Below the pieces are notes generated by a model. It searched no databases. It was not told where the DNA came from and was given only the letters and a program-made list of their open reading frames with translations. This document shows, in pieces, positions 18,077-28,412 of a stretch of DNA of 64,000 bases. The translations under genes and the position numbers were made by a program. Numbering within the stretch: position 1 is the stretch's first letter; each line of letters starts with the position of its first letter. The stretch comes from Thermodesulfobacteriota bacterium (GTDB lineage Bacteria > Desulfobacterota > Binatia > Bin18), in contig OZ219926.1 of assembly GCA_964291405.2 (NCBI GenBank), forward strand, positions 2,592,001 to 2,656,000, in the 5' to 3' direction.

Positions 18077-19936
18077 TTAGTCCTCCAACATACGGGCAAT
18101 GCGGGTTGCAACTTCAGACACCTTAAACGGACGGCCTTGGATTTTATTCAGCCCAACCGCGTCAACCAGATATGCGGCGCGGATCAGCTTGAGAAGCTGG
18201 CCCATATTCATCTCCGGGACCAGCACCTTTTCATATCGGCTCAGGATGTCACCGAGGTCAGCGGGCAGCGGATTCAGATAGCGCAAATGGGCCTGGGCGA
18301 CCGAGTGGCCCTGCGCCTGCGCGGCCTCGACCGCGGCGGCAATAGCGCCATACGTACTGCCCCAACCCAGCACTAACAGCTTGCCCTGCTCGGGCCCCTT
18401 CACCTGAGTCGGAGGAATCTCCTGGGTGATTTTCCCCACCTTTTTATGCCGGACCCGCACCATCTGTTCGTGGTTGGCGGGGGCGTAGCTGATATTGCCG
18501 GTCAGATAATCTTTTTCAATACCGCCAATACGGTGCTCAAGACCGGGCGTCCCCGGTTTGACCCAGGGGCGGGCCAGGGTTTCTTCATCCCGCAGATAGG
18601 GGAAGAAGCCCTGCGGATCGGTCCGAAATTCGACCGGGATATTGGGCAGGTCATCAACGCTCGGCAGGAGCCAGGGCTCCGAGGCGTTGGCCAGGAATCC
18701 GTCGGTCAGCAGGATGACCGGCGTCATATACTTCATTGCGATCCGGGCCGCCTCAAAGGCGGCGTGAAAACAGTCGGCCGGTGTTGAGGCGGCAATCACG
18801 GGCAGAGGCGATTCTCCGTGCCGCCCATAGATTGCCTGGAGGAGGTCGGTTTGTTCGGGCTTGGTCGGCATACCCGTACTCGGCCCGGCCCGTTGGATGT
18901 TCGTAATCACCATGGGCAACTCAACCGTGGCGGCGAGACCCATGGTCTCACCCTTGAGGTTCATCCCCGGTCCGCTTGTGGTCGTAATGGCGAGCGCCCC
19001 GCCAAAAGCGGCGCCCAGGGCAGCTCCAACCCCGGCAATTTCGTCCTCTGCCTGGAACGTATAGACGTTGTAGTTTTTGTACTCGGCGAGTTCGTGCAAC
19101 ACATCGCTGGCCGGTGTAATCGGATAGCTGCCCAGAAAGAGCGGCAGCCCGGCCTTTTGAGCGGCAATTACAAAACCCAGGGCGGTGGCAGAGTTTCCCG
19201 TGATATTGCGATACGTCCCAGGATCGATCTCGGCCGGTTTGATCTCATAGGACGAGGCAAACATGTCGGTGTTTTCACCCAGGTTATAGCCGCCTTTGAT
19301 GGCCAGGGTGTTGGCCTCGGCGACAACCGGGGTCTTCCCGAACCGTTGCTGTATCCATTCCAGGGTGGGCTCAATCGGACGATTAAAGAGCCAGGAGACA
19401 ACGCCGAGGGCAAAAAAGTTTCGACTCCGCATGACCGACCGGTTTGGCAGGCCCGTGTCCTTCAGAGCCAGAGTCGTCATTTTGGTGACTTCCACCTGAT
19501 AGACCTGGTATTTGTCCAGCGAACTGTCCTCAAGCGGGTTGGCTTCGTATTCGGCTTTTCTCAGATTGGCCGAGGTAAATTCAGCCGGGTCAACGATGAG
19601 AATGCCGTTCTGCTTCAGGTCGGCAATATTGGTTTTGAGGGCGGCCGGATTCATGCACACCAGGGCATCGAGATCGTCGCCCGGTGTATAGACATTTTTA
19701 TTACTGAAATTGATCTGAAAGGCGCTCACGCCGTACAGCGTCCCGGTAGGAGCCCGGATTTCTGCCGGAAAGTCAGGCAAGGTCCCGACATCATTCCCGG
19801 CAAGCACGGATTCGGATGTAAAACGGGTGCCGGTCAGCTGCATGCCGTCCCCGGAATCACCGGCAAAACGGATAACGACGCTTTCACGTTCTTGCGTCGC
19901 TTTCTCTAGGGGCCCTCCCGCTGGATTGGTGGCCAT
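18077..19936 (-). CDS. korA: 2-oxoacid:ferredoxin oxidoreductase alpha (gamma-alpha fused) subunit
   Basis: AGDSGDG, YPITP, QAEDE, TSGPG, QRAGPSTGMPT. Confidence 0.95.
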   Translation of the reverse strand: MATNPAGGPLEKATQERESVVIRFAGDSGDGMQLTGTRFTSESVLAGNDVGTLPDFPAEIRAPTGTLYGVSAFQINFSNKNVYTPGDDLDALVCMNPAALKTNIADLKQNGILIVDPAEFTSANLRKAEYEANPLEDSSLDKYQVYQVEVTKMTTLALKDTGLPNRSVMRSRNFFALGVVSWLFNRPIEPTLEWIQQRFGKTPVVAEANTLAIKGGYNLGENTDMFASSYEIKPAEIDPGTYRNITGNSATALGFVIAAQKAGLPLFLGSYPITPASDVLHELAEYKNYNVYTFQAEDEIAGVGAALGAAFGGALAITTTSGPGMNLKGETMGLAATVELPMVITNIQRAGPSTGMPTKPEQTDLLQAIYGRHGESPLPVIAASTPADCFHAAFEAARIAMKYMTPVILLTDGFLANASEPWLLPSVDDLPNIPVEFRTDPQGFFPYLRDEETLARPWVKPGTPGLEHRIGGIEKDYLTGNISYAPANHEQMVRVRHKKVGKITQEIPPTQVKGPEQGKLLVLGWGSTYGAIAAAVEAAQAQGHSVAQAHLRYLNPLPADLGDILSRYEKVLVPEMNMGQLLKLIRAAYLVDAVGLNKIQGRPFKVSEVATRIARMLED

Positions 19937-20076
19937 GGAATACCCTCCCCCTCTGCTGTGACAGTGTTGTCCGCCCAGAATTGTTACAGATTAGTCTGAA
20001 TACGACACGGAAGATTATGGCTCGGTAGAATATCCGACGTTACAAGCTCAAGGCAAGGGTCAGGCTGTCACCTAGG

Positions 20077-21813
20077 TTACAAAAAACGCAAAGAAAACGG
20101 GAGAATTGCCCATATTCGGTCTCGCTCCCAGGGCCAGCCGGTTCCGTGCGCTCTCCCTCCCAAAGGTAGGAGGCGTAAAAGGGAGGGGAGGCGGAGGAGG
20201 GAAGCGGGCTTGGGAAAACGTTCGACCCCAACCGGCCAGTAGTCAGGGAGCCCGACTCGATATTTGAGTTCGGCCAAAGCTTCTTCCAGCCCGCCGGTCC
20301 GGTCAACCAGGCCACGCGCCACGGCCTGTCTCCCACTCCAGACTCGCCCCTGGGCGCAGGCGTCAACCGCCTCATAACTGAGCGACCGACACTGGGCGAC
20401 TTTTTCGACAAAGTCGCGATAGAAGCTTTGGATTTCACTATTCATGCGCTCCTGTTCTGCCGGGCTAAAGGCCAGATAGTCCGAGAACAGGGCCGCGCGC
20501 TTACCGCGGGTCAGGATTTCCTTATCCAGACCAAGCTGGGCATACAGGCCCTGCAATACCGCCTTTCCGGCAATGACGCCAATCGAGCCGGTCACCGTTC
20601 CCTCCTCGGCAAAAACCGTCGTTCCGGCCAGCGCAATATAATAGCCTCCCGAAGCAGCCACATCGCCCAGCGAGATAATCACGGGCTTCTCTTCTTTGGT
20701 CTGGAGGATCTCGTGCCAGACCAGGTCAGAGGCCAGCCCGGACCCGCCGGGGCTCGACACGCGGATCAGAACCCCGGCAATATCGGGGTTTTCGCGGATA
20801 TGTTTGAGGTCCCGGATCACACTGCTGGAGCCGGTGGACTGAATCCCGTCACTCCCAGTCTCGGTTTCTCCACGCGTAATCGTTCCACCCACCGTCATGA
20901 AGGCAATCCGCGCCGGAGGATAACGGAGCGCCTGGCGCCGCATGAGTCGTCCGCGCCGTCGCAGATAGGCACCCGCTTCGATGAAGAGGTTTGGGTCGGT
21001 TGGGTCTGAATTCACCGCAGCAGCCCGTCCCTTTTCTTCAGTTTTTTCCTGTCGTCCGCGGCTTTCGAGCCAGTGCGGGATATCATCCTCATAGCCAATA
21101 TGATCGATCAGACCCATTTCCTGGGCTTCGCGAGGCAGAAACAGTCCCTGGTCAATGAGGTCGCGCACCGTCGCTTTGTCCGTATTACGGGTTGAGGCGA
21201 CTCCCTCGACAATCTGATCGTACAGGTCGTCCAGCAGACTGTTCATCATCTCCCGATGGGGCTCAGACAGGGATGTCCGTGTAAACGGCTCCCCGGCTGA
21301 CTTATACTGCCCGGCCTGAGTGACCTGGGCCTCGATGCCCAGCTTGTCGAGCGCGCCCTTGAAGAACATCGTTTCGGCCGCAAGACCGGTGACGGTCAGG
21401 TGACCGGCCGGAGCCATCGCCACCGCGTTTGCCGCGCTGGCGAGGTAATATTCCTGGGTGCCCCCCTCGGCCAGATAGACGAGAACGTATTTCCCGGCCT
21501 GACGGAGCGCCTGAATGGAGCGCCGCAGATTTTGCAGACGAGCCCAGCCCGTGTCCAGATTGTCGATGATGAGCACAACGGCGCTAAGCTGCTCGTCCTC
21601 ACGCGCCCAGCGCAGCAGGGTGGTCAGGGCGAACAGGTCCGGCGCGGTTGGACGGCGAAACGGCAGAAAGCCCAGGACACCAGCTTCGGCAATATGACCA
21701 GTCAGCTCTATCTGAAGAGTGTTATACGGCCGGTGCCGTCCGGTGAGACGGGCAAGAAGATCGATGGTCCAAAGAACGCAACGCGTAATGTTGCGGAACA
21801 AGAAGCGTATCAC
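20077..21813 (-). CDS. sppA: Signal peptide peptidase SppA (67K type)
   Basis: Tandem S49 domains: YKSAGE catalytic Lys, SPGGS, AASGGYY catalytic Ser, TGSIGV. Confidence 0.93.
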   Translation of the reverse strand: MIRFLFRNITRCVLWTIDLLARLTGRHRPYNTLQIELTGHIAEAGVLGFLPFRRPTAPDLFALTTLLRWAREDEQLSAVVLIIDNLDTGWARLQNLRRSIQALRQAGKYVLVYLAEGGTQEYYLASAANAVAMAPAGHLTVTGLAAETMFFKGALDKLGIEAQVTQAGQYKSAGEPFTRTSLSEPHREMMNSLLDDLYDQIVEGVASTRNTDKATVRDLIDQGLFLPREAQEMGLIDHIGYEDDIPHWLESRGRQEKTEEKGRAAAVNSDPTDPNLFIEAGAYLRRRGRLMRRQALRYPPARIAFMTVGGTITRGETETGSDGIQSTGSSSVIRDLKHIRENPDIAGVLIRVSSPGGSGLASDLVWHEILQTKEEKPVIISLGDVAASGGYYIALAGTTVFAEEGTVTGSIGVIAGKAVLQGLYAQLGLDKEILTRGKRAALFSDYLAFSPAEQERMNSEIQSFYRDFVEKVAQCRSLSYEAVDACAQGRVWSGRQAVARGLVDRTGGLEEALAELKYRVGLPDYWPVGVERFPKPASLLRLPSLLRLLPLGGRAHGTGWPWERDRIWAILPFSLRFL

Positions 21814-22033
21814 AACTATGGAATAGTCTATGCTTCTCCTGGCGGCTTCGGCAAGAGCGTCTGAGTTTAGCTCCTTCTCGCCGCAGTGAGCGAACGTTCA
21901 AATGAGGCAGTTCGCCGTCAAATAATGAGAACAATACCGAAGGGTGCTCTTAAGGGAAATCTGGTCAGACGACGGGAGATACGGTAGCACCTTCTCTTTA
22001 TAGGAGGAATACGAATAGAAGGAGGGGTAAGTG

Positions 22034-22324
22034 ATGGCTCTCTGGTTGATCTTTATTTTGTTGGTTGTTTTGTTTGTACCAACTGGACTTTTAGCAATAC
22101 TTGGAACTGGCCCTATAACACTTCTAACAGAATTGGCTCAAGCTGATTATGCCATTTGGATTTTTCTTGTCGGCATCATTTCTATGATAACTCTGCTGGA
22201 TATATGGGGCAGAAAAGACAAAGAAAGAATAAAAGAAGCGCAAGAGAAAAAAGAATTCATGCGGCGAGAACGAAACCGTCGAAAATGGTTAAAAGAATTA
22301 GATGAAATGGAGAATAAAAAATAA
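22034..22324 (+). CDS. Small AT-rich membrane protein
   Basis: GGAGG RBS; two hydrophobic helices and a charged tail; clearly more AT-rich than flanking genes. Confidence 0.6.
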   Translation: MALWLIFILLVVLFVPTGLLAILGTGPITLLTELAQADYAIWIFLVGIISMITLLDIWGRKDKERIKEAQEKKEFMRRERNRRKWLKELDEMENKK

Positions 22325-22512
22325 ATTTTCTGTTTCAATCTAAAATAGTATATAGGTCCCATTCATTGTGATTCCAATGTCCGTATTCACAAACGTGATG
22401 ATCAATATCCGTGGATATCTCGTAGACCTGAGTGGGTAACGGGATAACAGGCTTGGAAGTGTTGATACTCGTAAAGGAAGAGGAAGAACGTTTTTCCGGG
22501 TTTGATGAAGGA

Positions 22513-23019
22513 TCACTTTCTTTTACAGAGGCTTCTATTACCAAGCAGCCGCTTATGACTTTCCTGAAAGTTCTCTATGCGAACCGTCACGTATCTCTTC
22601 CCTCTCCTTTTTTTGCGCTCCGTCGTGTAGACTTTACCTCGTGGGCTGTCGATCAGATTTTTATCCGCGAAATCCTTCCTTAGATTATCGTCGTTCGTAA
22701 AAAGCAGCCGTGCTCCGCTGATTTGGGCCAAAGCCACAATGTGCGCATCGTTGGATCGACACGAGCCGGTATTTTTCAGCGTTCCCGTTTTATTCTCTAT
22801 CTCATCATCGTTATAGAGACGGACCCGCCCTGCCGCCTCTGCTTGTTTTCGCCATGTCTGAAACTTTTTATTCTTGTCAAGTTCCTCAAGCAGCTTCCCT
22901 CCCGCGACCAACAGTGCATCTCCCGAGTTGAGCCAATTAAAGAACGCCTCTCCGGCTGGCGGACGATTGTTGGAGGTGAACACTTGGTGGGCAACATCAC
23001 TATCGAGAATGGCGCACAT
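22513..23019 (-). CDS. PIN-domain protein (putative RNase effector)
   Basis: Acidic PIN pattern: ILDSD, LLEEL, SNDAHIVALA, FTNDDNL; ATG directly abuts the ATPase stop. Confidence 0.75.
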   Translation of the reverse strand: MCAILDSDVAHQVFTSNNRPPAGEAFFNWLNSGDALLVAGGKLLEELDKNKKFQTWRKQAEAAGRVRLYNDDEIENKTGTLKNTGSCRSNDAHIVALAQISGARLLFTNDDNLRKDFADKNLIDSPRGKVYTTERKKRRGKRYVTVRIENFQESHKRLLGNRSLCKRK

Positions 23020-24372
23020 TTAGAGCCTCAGCGATCTTCGCGTTTCTTCCATAAAGAACTGGCGATAGGACGGTGGCGCGTCCAAGATATTTCCCTCCTT
23101 ATCCAGGCGCAGAGAATGAATCCGAACGTCCAAATCTCCGCGCTCAAAGAACAAAATGGAAACATCCTCGGGTCTGAGACGCGTTGTACCGTCGCGAACA
23201 TCCATACGCACCCGATCAAGCAGGTGGTCACTATGCGTTTCAACCACCAACTGGCGATGCGGGGCGACTTGGCAAAACAGGCTTCCTAACGCAGCTTGAG
23301 CGCTAGGATGAAGGTGCACTTCCGGCTGCTGCAACAGACACATAGGGGGGGCATCATGGCGTAACAACTCGGTAATGACTGGTAGAACTTGGCTGACACC
23401 ATAACCGACGTCGATCAAGTTGCGGTGTGGTCCCTTGACCTTGCTACCAAATTTCCTAACCTGTACCTGAAAAGGTTCACTCTCCTTCTTTCCCAACGGT
23501 TTGACTAATATTTCATCGAAAAGACCAGCGGCTCGCCCGAATCGCTCTAATACCTTCTTTAGCGTTGGCCATAGCTTTTTGTCTTGGAAATACACAGAAG
23601 CCAGATACATTGGGATATAGTCGCCTTCAGGGTCCCGTGTCGGGCGTGTAGGGTCATAGGTACGGTGTGGTTTGGAGCGAACGGGGGCACTGGCATAGGG
23701 ACGCTGGTTGGAGTGCTGCATACCAAGTATAGAAACAAGTTGTTTGAGTATCGTCCAATCTTTGTAGATGGGTTGCTTGGAGCCTTGCAATATAGTGAAC
23801 TCCGCTTTTTCCCTGGTCTGCATGTCTATTAAAACGAAAGAGAGGGGGGGCATCCAATAACGGTCGGTGTCCAACAAGATACGGCGGTTAGCACGCTCCT
23901 GAAACCGCCAAGCGCCATCCGGTGTTCCGAAACGAATTTGCCAAGACTGATCTTTTTCGAGACCTTCTTTAATCCACGCCTCTCCATTGGCAAGGCGTCT
24001 TCTTACCGGAATTGGAACGGTCCCGTTTCGTCCGAAAGTCACCTCGAAACGGTAATGGTCAACTCCGTCGGTTACAGCTCTCCTGCTTTTCCCGGCTCTG
24101 GGACTACTCTCGAACCCAGCCTCAAAGGTATCGGCCCGTCCACCCCTTCCTCCTCGGTGGTGAGCGATCTCATCGAAGCTGCCGAGGTCATACGGCTCTT
24201 CTTTGAAATCTGGGACGCTCGTTTGGTAAGCGACATCCCATAATGCCCGGATCATCGCCATGAACGAGGTTTTGCCCGTGCTGTTCTCGCCTACCAGTAA
24301 CGTCAGTGGGGCAAGACGGGCGGTCTGCTCTTCCCGAAAGCAGCGGAAGTTTTTTAATGTGATCTGATCCAC
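23020..24372 (-). CDS. ABC/OLD-type ATPase (AAA_15/AAA_21) with C-terminal DUF3696-like domain
   Basis: LKNFRCF, GENSTGKT Walker A, VGYGVSQ, QQPEVHLHP, VETHS H-loop; GTG start with AAGGAG RBS. Confidence 0.88.
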   Translation of the reverse strand: MDQITLKNFRCFREEQTARLAPLTLLVGENSTGKTSFMAMIRALWDVAYQTSVPDFKEEPYDLGSFDEIAHHRGGRGGRADTFEAGFESSPRAGKSRRAVTDGVDHYRFEVTFGRNGTVPIPVRRRLANGEAWIKEGLEKDQSWQIRFGTPDGAWRFQERANRRILLDTDRYWMPPLSFVLIDMQTREKAEFTILQGSKQPIYKDWTILKQLVSILGMQHSNQRPYASAPVRSKPHRTYDPTRPTRDPEGDYIPMYLASVYFQDKKLWPTLKKVLERFGRAAGLFDEILVKPLGKKESEPFQVQVRKFGSKVKGPHRNLIDVGYGVSQVLPVITELLRHDAPPMCLLQQPEVHLHPSAQAALGSLFCQVAPHRQLVVETHSDHLLDRVRMDVRDGTTRLRPEDVSILFFERGDLDVRIHSLRLDKEGNILDAPPSYRQFFMEETRRSLRL

Positions 24373-24568
24373 AGGATGGACTCCTTTGATTTCAGCCTGT
24401 TTCGATACCAGTCACTTCTTACATGATTAGGCATCCAAGCCGTGCCGTTCGTCCGCGCAGTATATATGCCCTATGGGTATAATCGCAAATTCCACGCACT
24501 ATCACCCCTGCATTTCCGCGTCCTCTCTTATTAGGCTGTCCGACAGTCTGTTACGGAAAGGACGCTGG

Positions 24569-24754
24569 ATAGATTTTGAACTGCCCGAAGAGTACCGCAT
24601 GTTGCAGGAGGCGATACGCTCCATCGGAGGAATAGACACGGGCGAGTCGGATGAGCTAAGGCTGAGAGTAGCGAGAAAGGAGCGAAGGACGCGAAGTCTT
24701 CTTTATACAGGAGATGAACAGCAGGTGGCCAGCTATAAATCGCCAAGCCTGTGA
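24569..24754 (+). pseudogene. Acyl-CoA dehydrogenase remnant
   Basis: AAAGGA RBS, then ATA in place of ATG, then DFELPEEYRMLQEAIR (classic ACAD N-terminus); the rest of the gene is missing. Confidence 0.55.
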
Positions 24755-24829
24755 TGCGATTACCAATAACGCACGGGCACGCATGACGTGCTTGCAGAGG
24801 CTGTGCTAAGGAGCACATCAACAGCGGGA

Positions 24830-25042
24830 CTAATCGTTTTCCTCTTTATAGATTTCCAGCCACGCCATTTGGATGGCTTCGAGTTTGCCCTCGCTCGAAT
24901 CCTGCGGGTCGTCGCTGAAATCTTCCAACTCGGTAACCCAGCGGAGCAAATCGGTAAAACGGATGCTCAACGGATCGATCTCGGGCCGCGCTTCGAAGAG
25001 TTTCTCGGCAATATCCTCAGGCGTGTCCCAGTATAGCTTCAT
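24830..25042 (-). CDS. iscX: Fe-S cluster assembly protein IscX
   Basis: W....DIA..L......DP..IRFTDL..WV..L..F.DDP..S.E..LEAIQ.AW pattern. Confidence 0.95.
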   Translation of the reverse strand: MKLYWDTPEDIAEKLFEARPEIDPLSIRFTDLLRWVTELEDFSDDPQDSSEGKLEAIQMAWLEIYKEEND

Positions 25043-25062
25043 GACTCCCTCCCGTGCGCTTG

Positions 25063-26886
25063 CTATAAGTCGGAGAGCTGTTTCTCTCCCAGCGCCTCCT
25101 GGATTGAAGAATCCATAATCCGTTGGGCAAACGGCGTTGTCACCTGGCTCAATTCCTCAGTCAGGTCCCGGATCAGATCGTAATCTTCTCCAGCACACGC
25201 CTCCCGGACCTTTTGCACGACTTGGGCAATCTGCTCTTCCTCTCCCTCTTGCAGAAACGAGGCATTCTGGCTCAGGGCTTTGTCGGTCGCGTGCAGCACG
25301 GTATCGGCTTCAGTCCGGGCCTCAATCAGCAACCGCTGCTCAATGTCTTCCTCCGCAAAGTCTATGGATTCTTCCAGCAGCCGCTCTACCTCTTCGTCGG
25401 TCAAGCCGTAGGACGGTTTCACCTCAAGCGAGCGTTCGAGCCCGGTCCGCAAGTCGGTGGCGGAAACGTTCAGAATACCGTTGGCGTCGATCATAAACGT
25501 CACTTCGACACGCGGGACCCCAGCCGGCTTGGGCTCAATGGGAATGCTGAAACGGGCCAAGCTCCGACAATCCTGGACCAGCTCCCGTTCCCCTTGCAGG
25601 ACATGAATGGCAACCGCGGTCTGGTCATCCACCGCGGTGGTGAACATTTCCTTCACGCTTGCCGGGATGGTCGTATTGCGTTCAATGAGATGACTCATGA
25701 CCCCGCCCATGGTCTCAATGCCTAAAGACAACGGGACCACATCGAGCAGCAGCATATCCCGCCGCCGTCCGGACAGGGTATCCGCCTGAACAGCCGCCCC
25801 GAGGGCGACAACCTCATCCGGGTCGATGTCGGTGAGTGGCGTCCGGCCAAAAAACTCACCTACGCGCTGACGTACCAGCGGCATGCGGGTCGAGCCGCCG
25901 ACCAGAACGACTTCTTCAATATCCTGGGTCTCAAGCCCGGCATCTTTGAGCGCCTGCCGACATGGCTCAAGCGTGCGGGCCACAATCTCGTCAACCGCGG
26001 CTTCCATCTCATGACGGGTCAGGCTGCGAGAGAGCTGCACACCGCTTGAAGGGACAGCCAGATTCAGAACTGCTTCGTCCTGCTCGGATAAGACCTGCTT
26101 GGCCTTTTCAGCCGTCCGCAGCGCACTATTCAGCACCTGCAAATCGCCGCGTAGTTCTTCAGTCAACTCTGCAAGAAGAAAACGCTCGGCTATGGACTGA
26201 TCGATATCATCACCACCCAAGCGAGTATTGCCGTTGGTGGATAACACCTCGAAGATACCGGTGTGGAGTCGCAGAATAGACACGTCAAACGTGCCCCCCC
26301 CAAAGTCATAGACCGCAATCAGCCCCTCTTCTTTTGTATTAAGGCCATAGGCGAGAGAGGCCGCGGTCGGTTCGTTGAGCAGACGAATGACCTCAAGGCC
26401 GGCCAGCTTGCCGGCGTCCTTGGTCGCCTGACGCTGCGAGTCGTTGAAGTACGCAGGGACGGTAATGACCACCTTGCGGACTTCTTCTTGGAGTGCCGCC
26501 GCAGCTCGGTCTCGTAAGGCGCGGAGAATAACGGCCGAGACTTCCGGTGGCGTCACCTGCCTGTCGTGGATGGCAAACCGGACCAGACTGGAAGTGTCGT
26601 CCTGATCGCCAACGAAGCGATAGCGCTGCCGATCCTCGGCACTCACATGCTCCATGCCGAGGCCCATAAAGCGCTTGACCGACCGAATGGTCGAGAGCGG
26701 CTGCGTTCGGGCTAATTCGCCCGCCTCCCGGCCGACAACAACCCGGTCGTTGGGCAAGAAACTAACAATAGAGGGGAGCGTCTTCTGCTCGCTTCCGCTA
26801 TCGGCAATGACGCGTGGGCCAGCGTCGTCTACACACGCAATCAGACTATTGGTTGTACCGAGATCAATACCAACTATACGTTCCAC
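25063..26886 (-). CDS. hscA: Fe-S assembly Hsp70 chaperone
   Basis: [22 protein letters not shown]; located in the isc operon; likely GTG start at 26886. Confidence 0.93.
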   Translation of the reverse strand: MERIVGIDLGTTNSLIACVDDAGPRVIADSGSEQKTLPSIVSFLPNDRVVVGREAGELARTQPLSTIRSVKRFMGLGMEHVSAEDRQRYRFVGDQDDTSSLVRFAIHDRQVTPPEVSAVILRALRDRAAAALQEEVRKVVITVPAYFNDSQRQATKDAGKLAGLEVIRLLNEPTAASLAYGLNTKEEGLIAVYDFGGGTFDVSILRLHTGIFEVLSTNGNTRLGGDDIDQSIAERFLLAELTEELRGDLQVLNSALRTAEKAKQVLSEQDEAVLNLAVPSSGVQLSRSLTRHEMEAAVDEIVARTLEPCRQALKDAGLETQDIEEVVLVGGSTRMPLVRQRVGEFFGRTPLTDIDPDEVVALGAAVQADTLSGRRRDMLLLDVVPLSLGIETMGGVMSHLIERNTTIPASVKEMFTTAVDDQTAVAIHVLQGERELVQDCRSLARFSIPIEPKPAGVPRVEVTFMIDANGILNVSATDLRTGLERSLEVKPSYGLTDEEVERLLEESIDFAEEDIEQRLLIEARTEADTVLHATDKALSQNASFLQEGEEEQIAQVVQKVREACAGEDYDLIRDLTEELSQVTTPFAQRIMDSSIQEALGEKQLSDL

Positions 26887-26902
26887 GATTTGCCTCTTTT
26901 TT

Positions 26903-27556
26903 TCATAGGGTGGAGAGGGACTTTTCCACATCGCGGGTTAATGTCCGCAGATAGGCCATATCCGACAGTACCCGCTTCAGTTCGCTCAAAAGCTCGTTCG
27001 AGCTGTCGGCTTGTCCCCATTTGGAGAAGTTGGCCGTCAGCTTTTGCTGCAGGCTTTGCCTCCGCTCGTCCAGATCATCCCGTACCTGAGTTAGCTCCGC
27101 TTTGAGGCCTCCTAGTGCGTCAGATGGCCCGGTAGTGCTGGCCTCCCGGACGGCTGCCAGCTTTTCCTGCACCTCAAATACGAGGAGGGCCAGATCGGGA
27201 GGGACCTTGTTATTTTCCTTGCCGAGCTGTTCGCCGTTGAGTTCGAGCCAGTACTGGCCGCGCTGGACAGGATCACGCAGTGTCCGATACGCCCGGTTTA
27301 CCACCGCGGTGTTCTGAAGGCTGGCTTCCTGCTCCTCCGCAGCGCCGGTCTGGTGCAGGTCGGGATGAAGTTGGCGGCTCAGCGCGTAGTACGTGTTGGC
27401 AAGCGCCTGTCCATCAAGCAGCGGGTCCCGGACCAGACCAAATACCGTAAAATAGTCAATGTCTGGAGGTAAAGGCTGGAGAGCCTCGCAGGCCGGGCAG
27501 AACACCTGGGGTGTATGCTCGTCCTGACAGCGCCAGCAGCGCACCACCGTTGGCAT
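26903..27556 (-). CDS. hscB: Fe-S co-chaperone (J-domain) with N-terminal tetracysteine motif
   Basis: HPD motif, NRAY.TL.DP..R; CWRC and FCPAC at the N-terminus. Confidence 0.92.
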   Translation of the reverse strand: MPTVVRCWRCQDEHTPQVFCPACEALQPLPPDIDYFTVFGLVRDPLLDGQALANTYYALSRQLHPDLHQTGAAEEQEASLQNTAVVNRAYRTLRDPVQRGQYWLELNGEQLGKENNKVPPDLALLVFEVQEKLAAVREASTTGPSDALGGLKAELTQVRDDLDERRQSLQQKLTANFSKWGQADSSNELLSELKRVLSDMAYLRTLTRDVEKSLSTL

Positions 27557-27569
27557 GGTAAAGGGTGGG

Positions 27570-27917
27570 CTAGACCGAGAATGAGCTACCGCAGCCGCAC
27601 GCGCGTTTGATGTTGGGATTCGTCAGCTTAAAGCCCGAATCCATTAAGGTCTCGGAAAAATCCAACTCTGTCCCGCGGAGATAGATAAAGCTTTTGCGGT
27701 CAACAATCACTTTGGCACTTTCCCGCTCAAAAACGCGGTCGCCGTCACGCGGGATATCCAGGTCCATCTTATAGGACAAACCCGAACAGCCCCCACCAAC
27801 CACCTTGACCCGCAAGCCACAGTCCTGCCGCTCGTCCTGGACCGTCAGGTCTCCAATCTTCTTAGCTGCGTTTTCGCTGATTTCGATTTTGAGCTTTGCT
27901 TTCACGCTTGCTGCCAT
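27570..27917 (-). CDS. iscA: A-type Fe-S carrier (HesB/IscA)
   Basis: GGGCSGLSY and CGCGSSF. Confidence 0.93.
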   Translation of the reverse strand: MAASVKAKLKIEISENAAKKIGDLTVQDERQDCGLRVKVVGGGCSGLSYKMDLDIPRDGDRVFERESAKVIVDRKSFIYLRGTELDFSETLMDSGFKLTNPNIKRACGCGSSFSV

Positions 27918-27960
27918 GCCCGTTGTCCCAATCGCTGTTGCTTGCTGTGCGCGCCCTTGT

Positions 27961-28362
27961 CTAGGCGGCATCCTTCTTGGTGGCGCCCTGGCCCCGCCAG
28001 TCCGCCACCGCTGCCTTGATCGCATCCTCCGCTAACACCGAACAGTGTATCTTCACCGGCGGTAACGCCAACTCCTCTACGATCTGGGTGTTCTTGATCT
28101 CCCCTGCCTCCGCCACGGTCTTCCCCTTCACCAACTCCGTCACATAACTCGATGACGCGATCGCCGACCCACACCCAAAGGTCTTGAACTTCGCATCTTC
28201 GATCACTTCGGTCTGCGGGTTGATCTTCAACTGCAACTTCATCACGTCCCCGCACTCCGGGGCGCCGACCACGCCGGTGCCTACATTCGCTTCCTCGGCC
28301 TCGAAACTCCCCACGTTCCGCGGCCGCTCGTAATGCTCTATCACTCGCTCGGTGTATGCCAT
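27961..28362 (-). CDS. iscU: Fe-S scaffold protein
   Basis: GAPECGD, FGCGSAIASSS, LPPVKIHCS (HscA-binding LPPVK). Confidence 0.97.
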   Translation of the reverse strand: MAYTERVIEHYERPRNVGSFEAEEANVGTGVVGAPECGDVMKLQLKINPQTEVIEDAKFKTFGCGSAIASSSYVTELVKGKTVAEAGEIKNTQIVEELALPPVKIHCSVLAEDAIKAAVADWRGQGATKKDAA

Positions 28363-28412
28363 CGGTTTCTCCCTCAATCTACAGTTCTGTCGGTGTTGAA
28401 TATTTGCCGTAC

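Noticed and set aside
18818-19909. 363-aa plus-strand ORF (likewise 16092-17069 +, 45558-46532 +, 38812-39600 +, 56447-57247 -)
   Set aside because: Antisense shadows of well-supported genes (korA, pepA region, mlrC, LRR gene, carboxyltransferase); no motifs, and expected in GC-rich DNA
22335-22544. 69-aa ORF as a third gene of the ATPase-PIN module
   Set aside because: Overlaps the PIN 3' end, weak start, low-complexity Ser-rich sequence and no recognisable motif
25063-26886. dnaK
   Set aside because: Position after hscB in the isc operon and lack of a DnaK-type C-terminal tail indicate hscA
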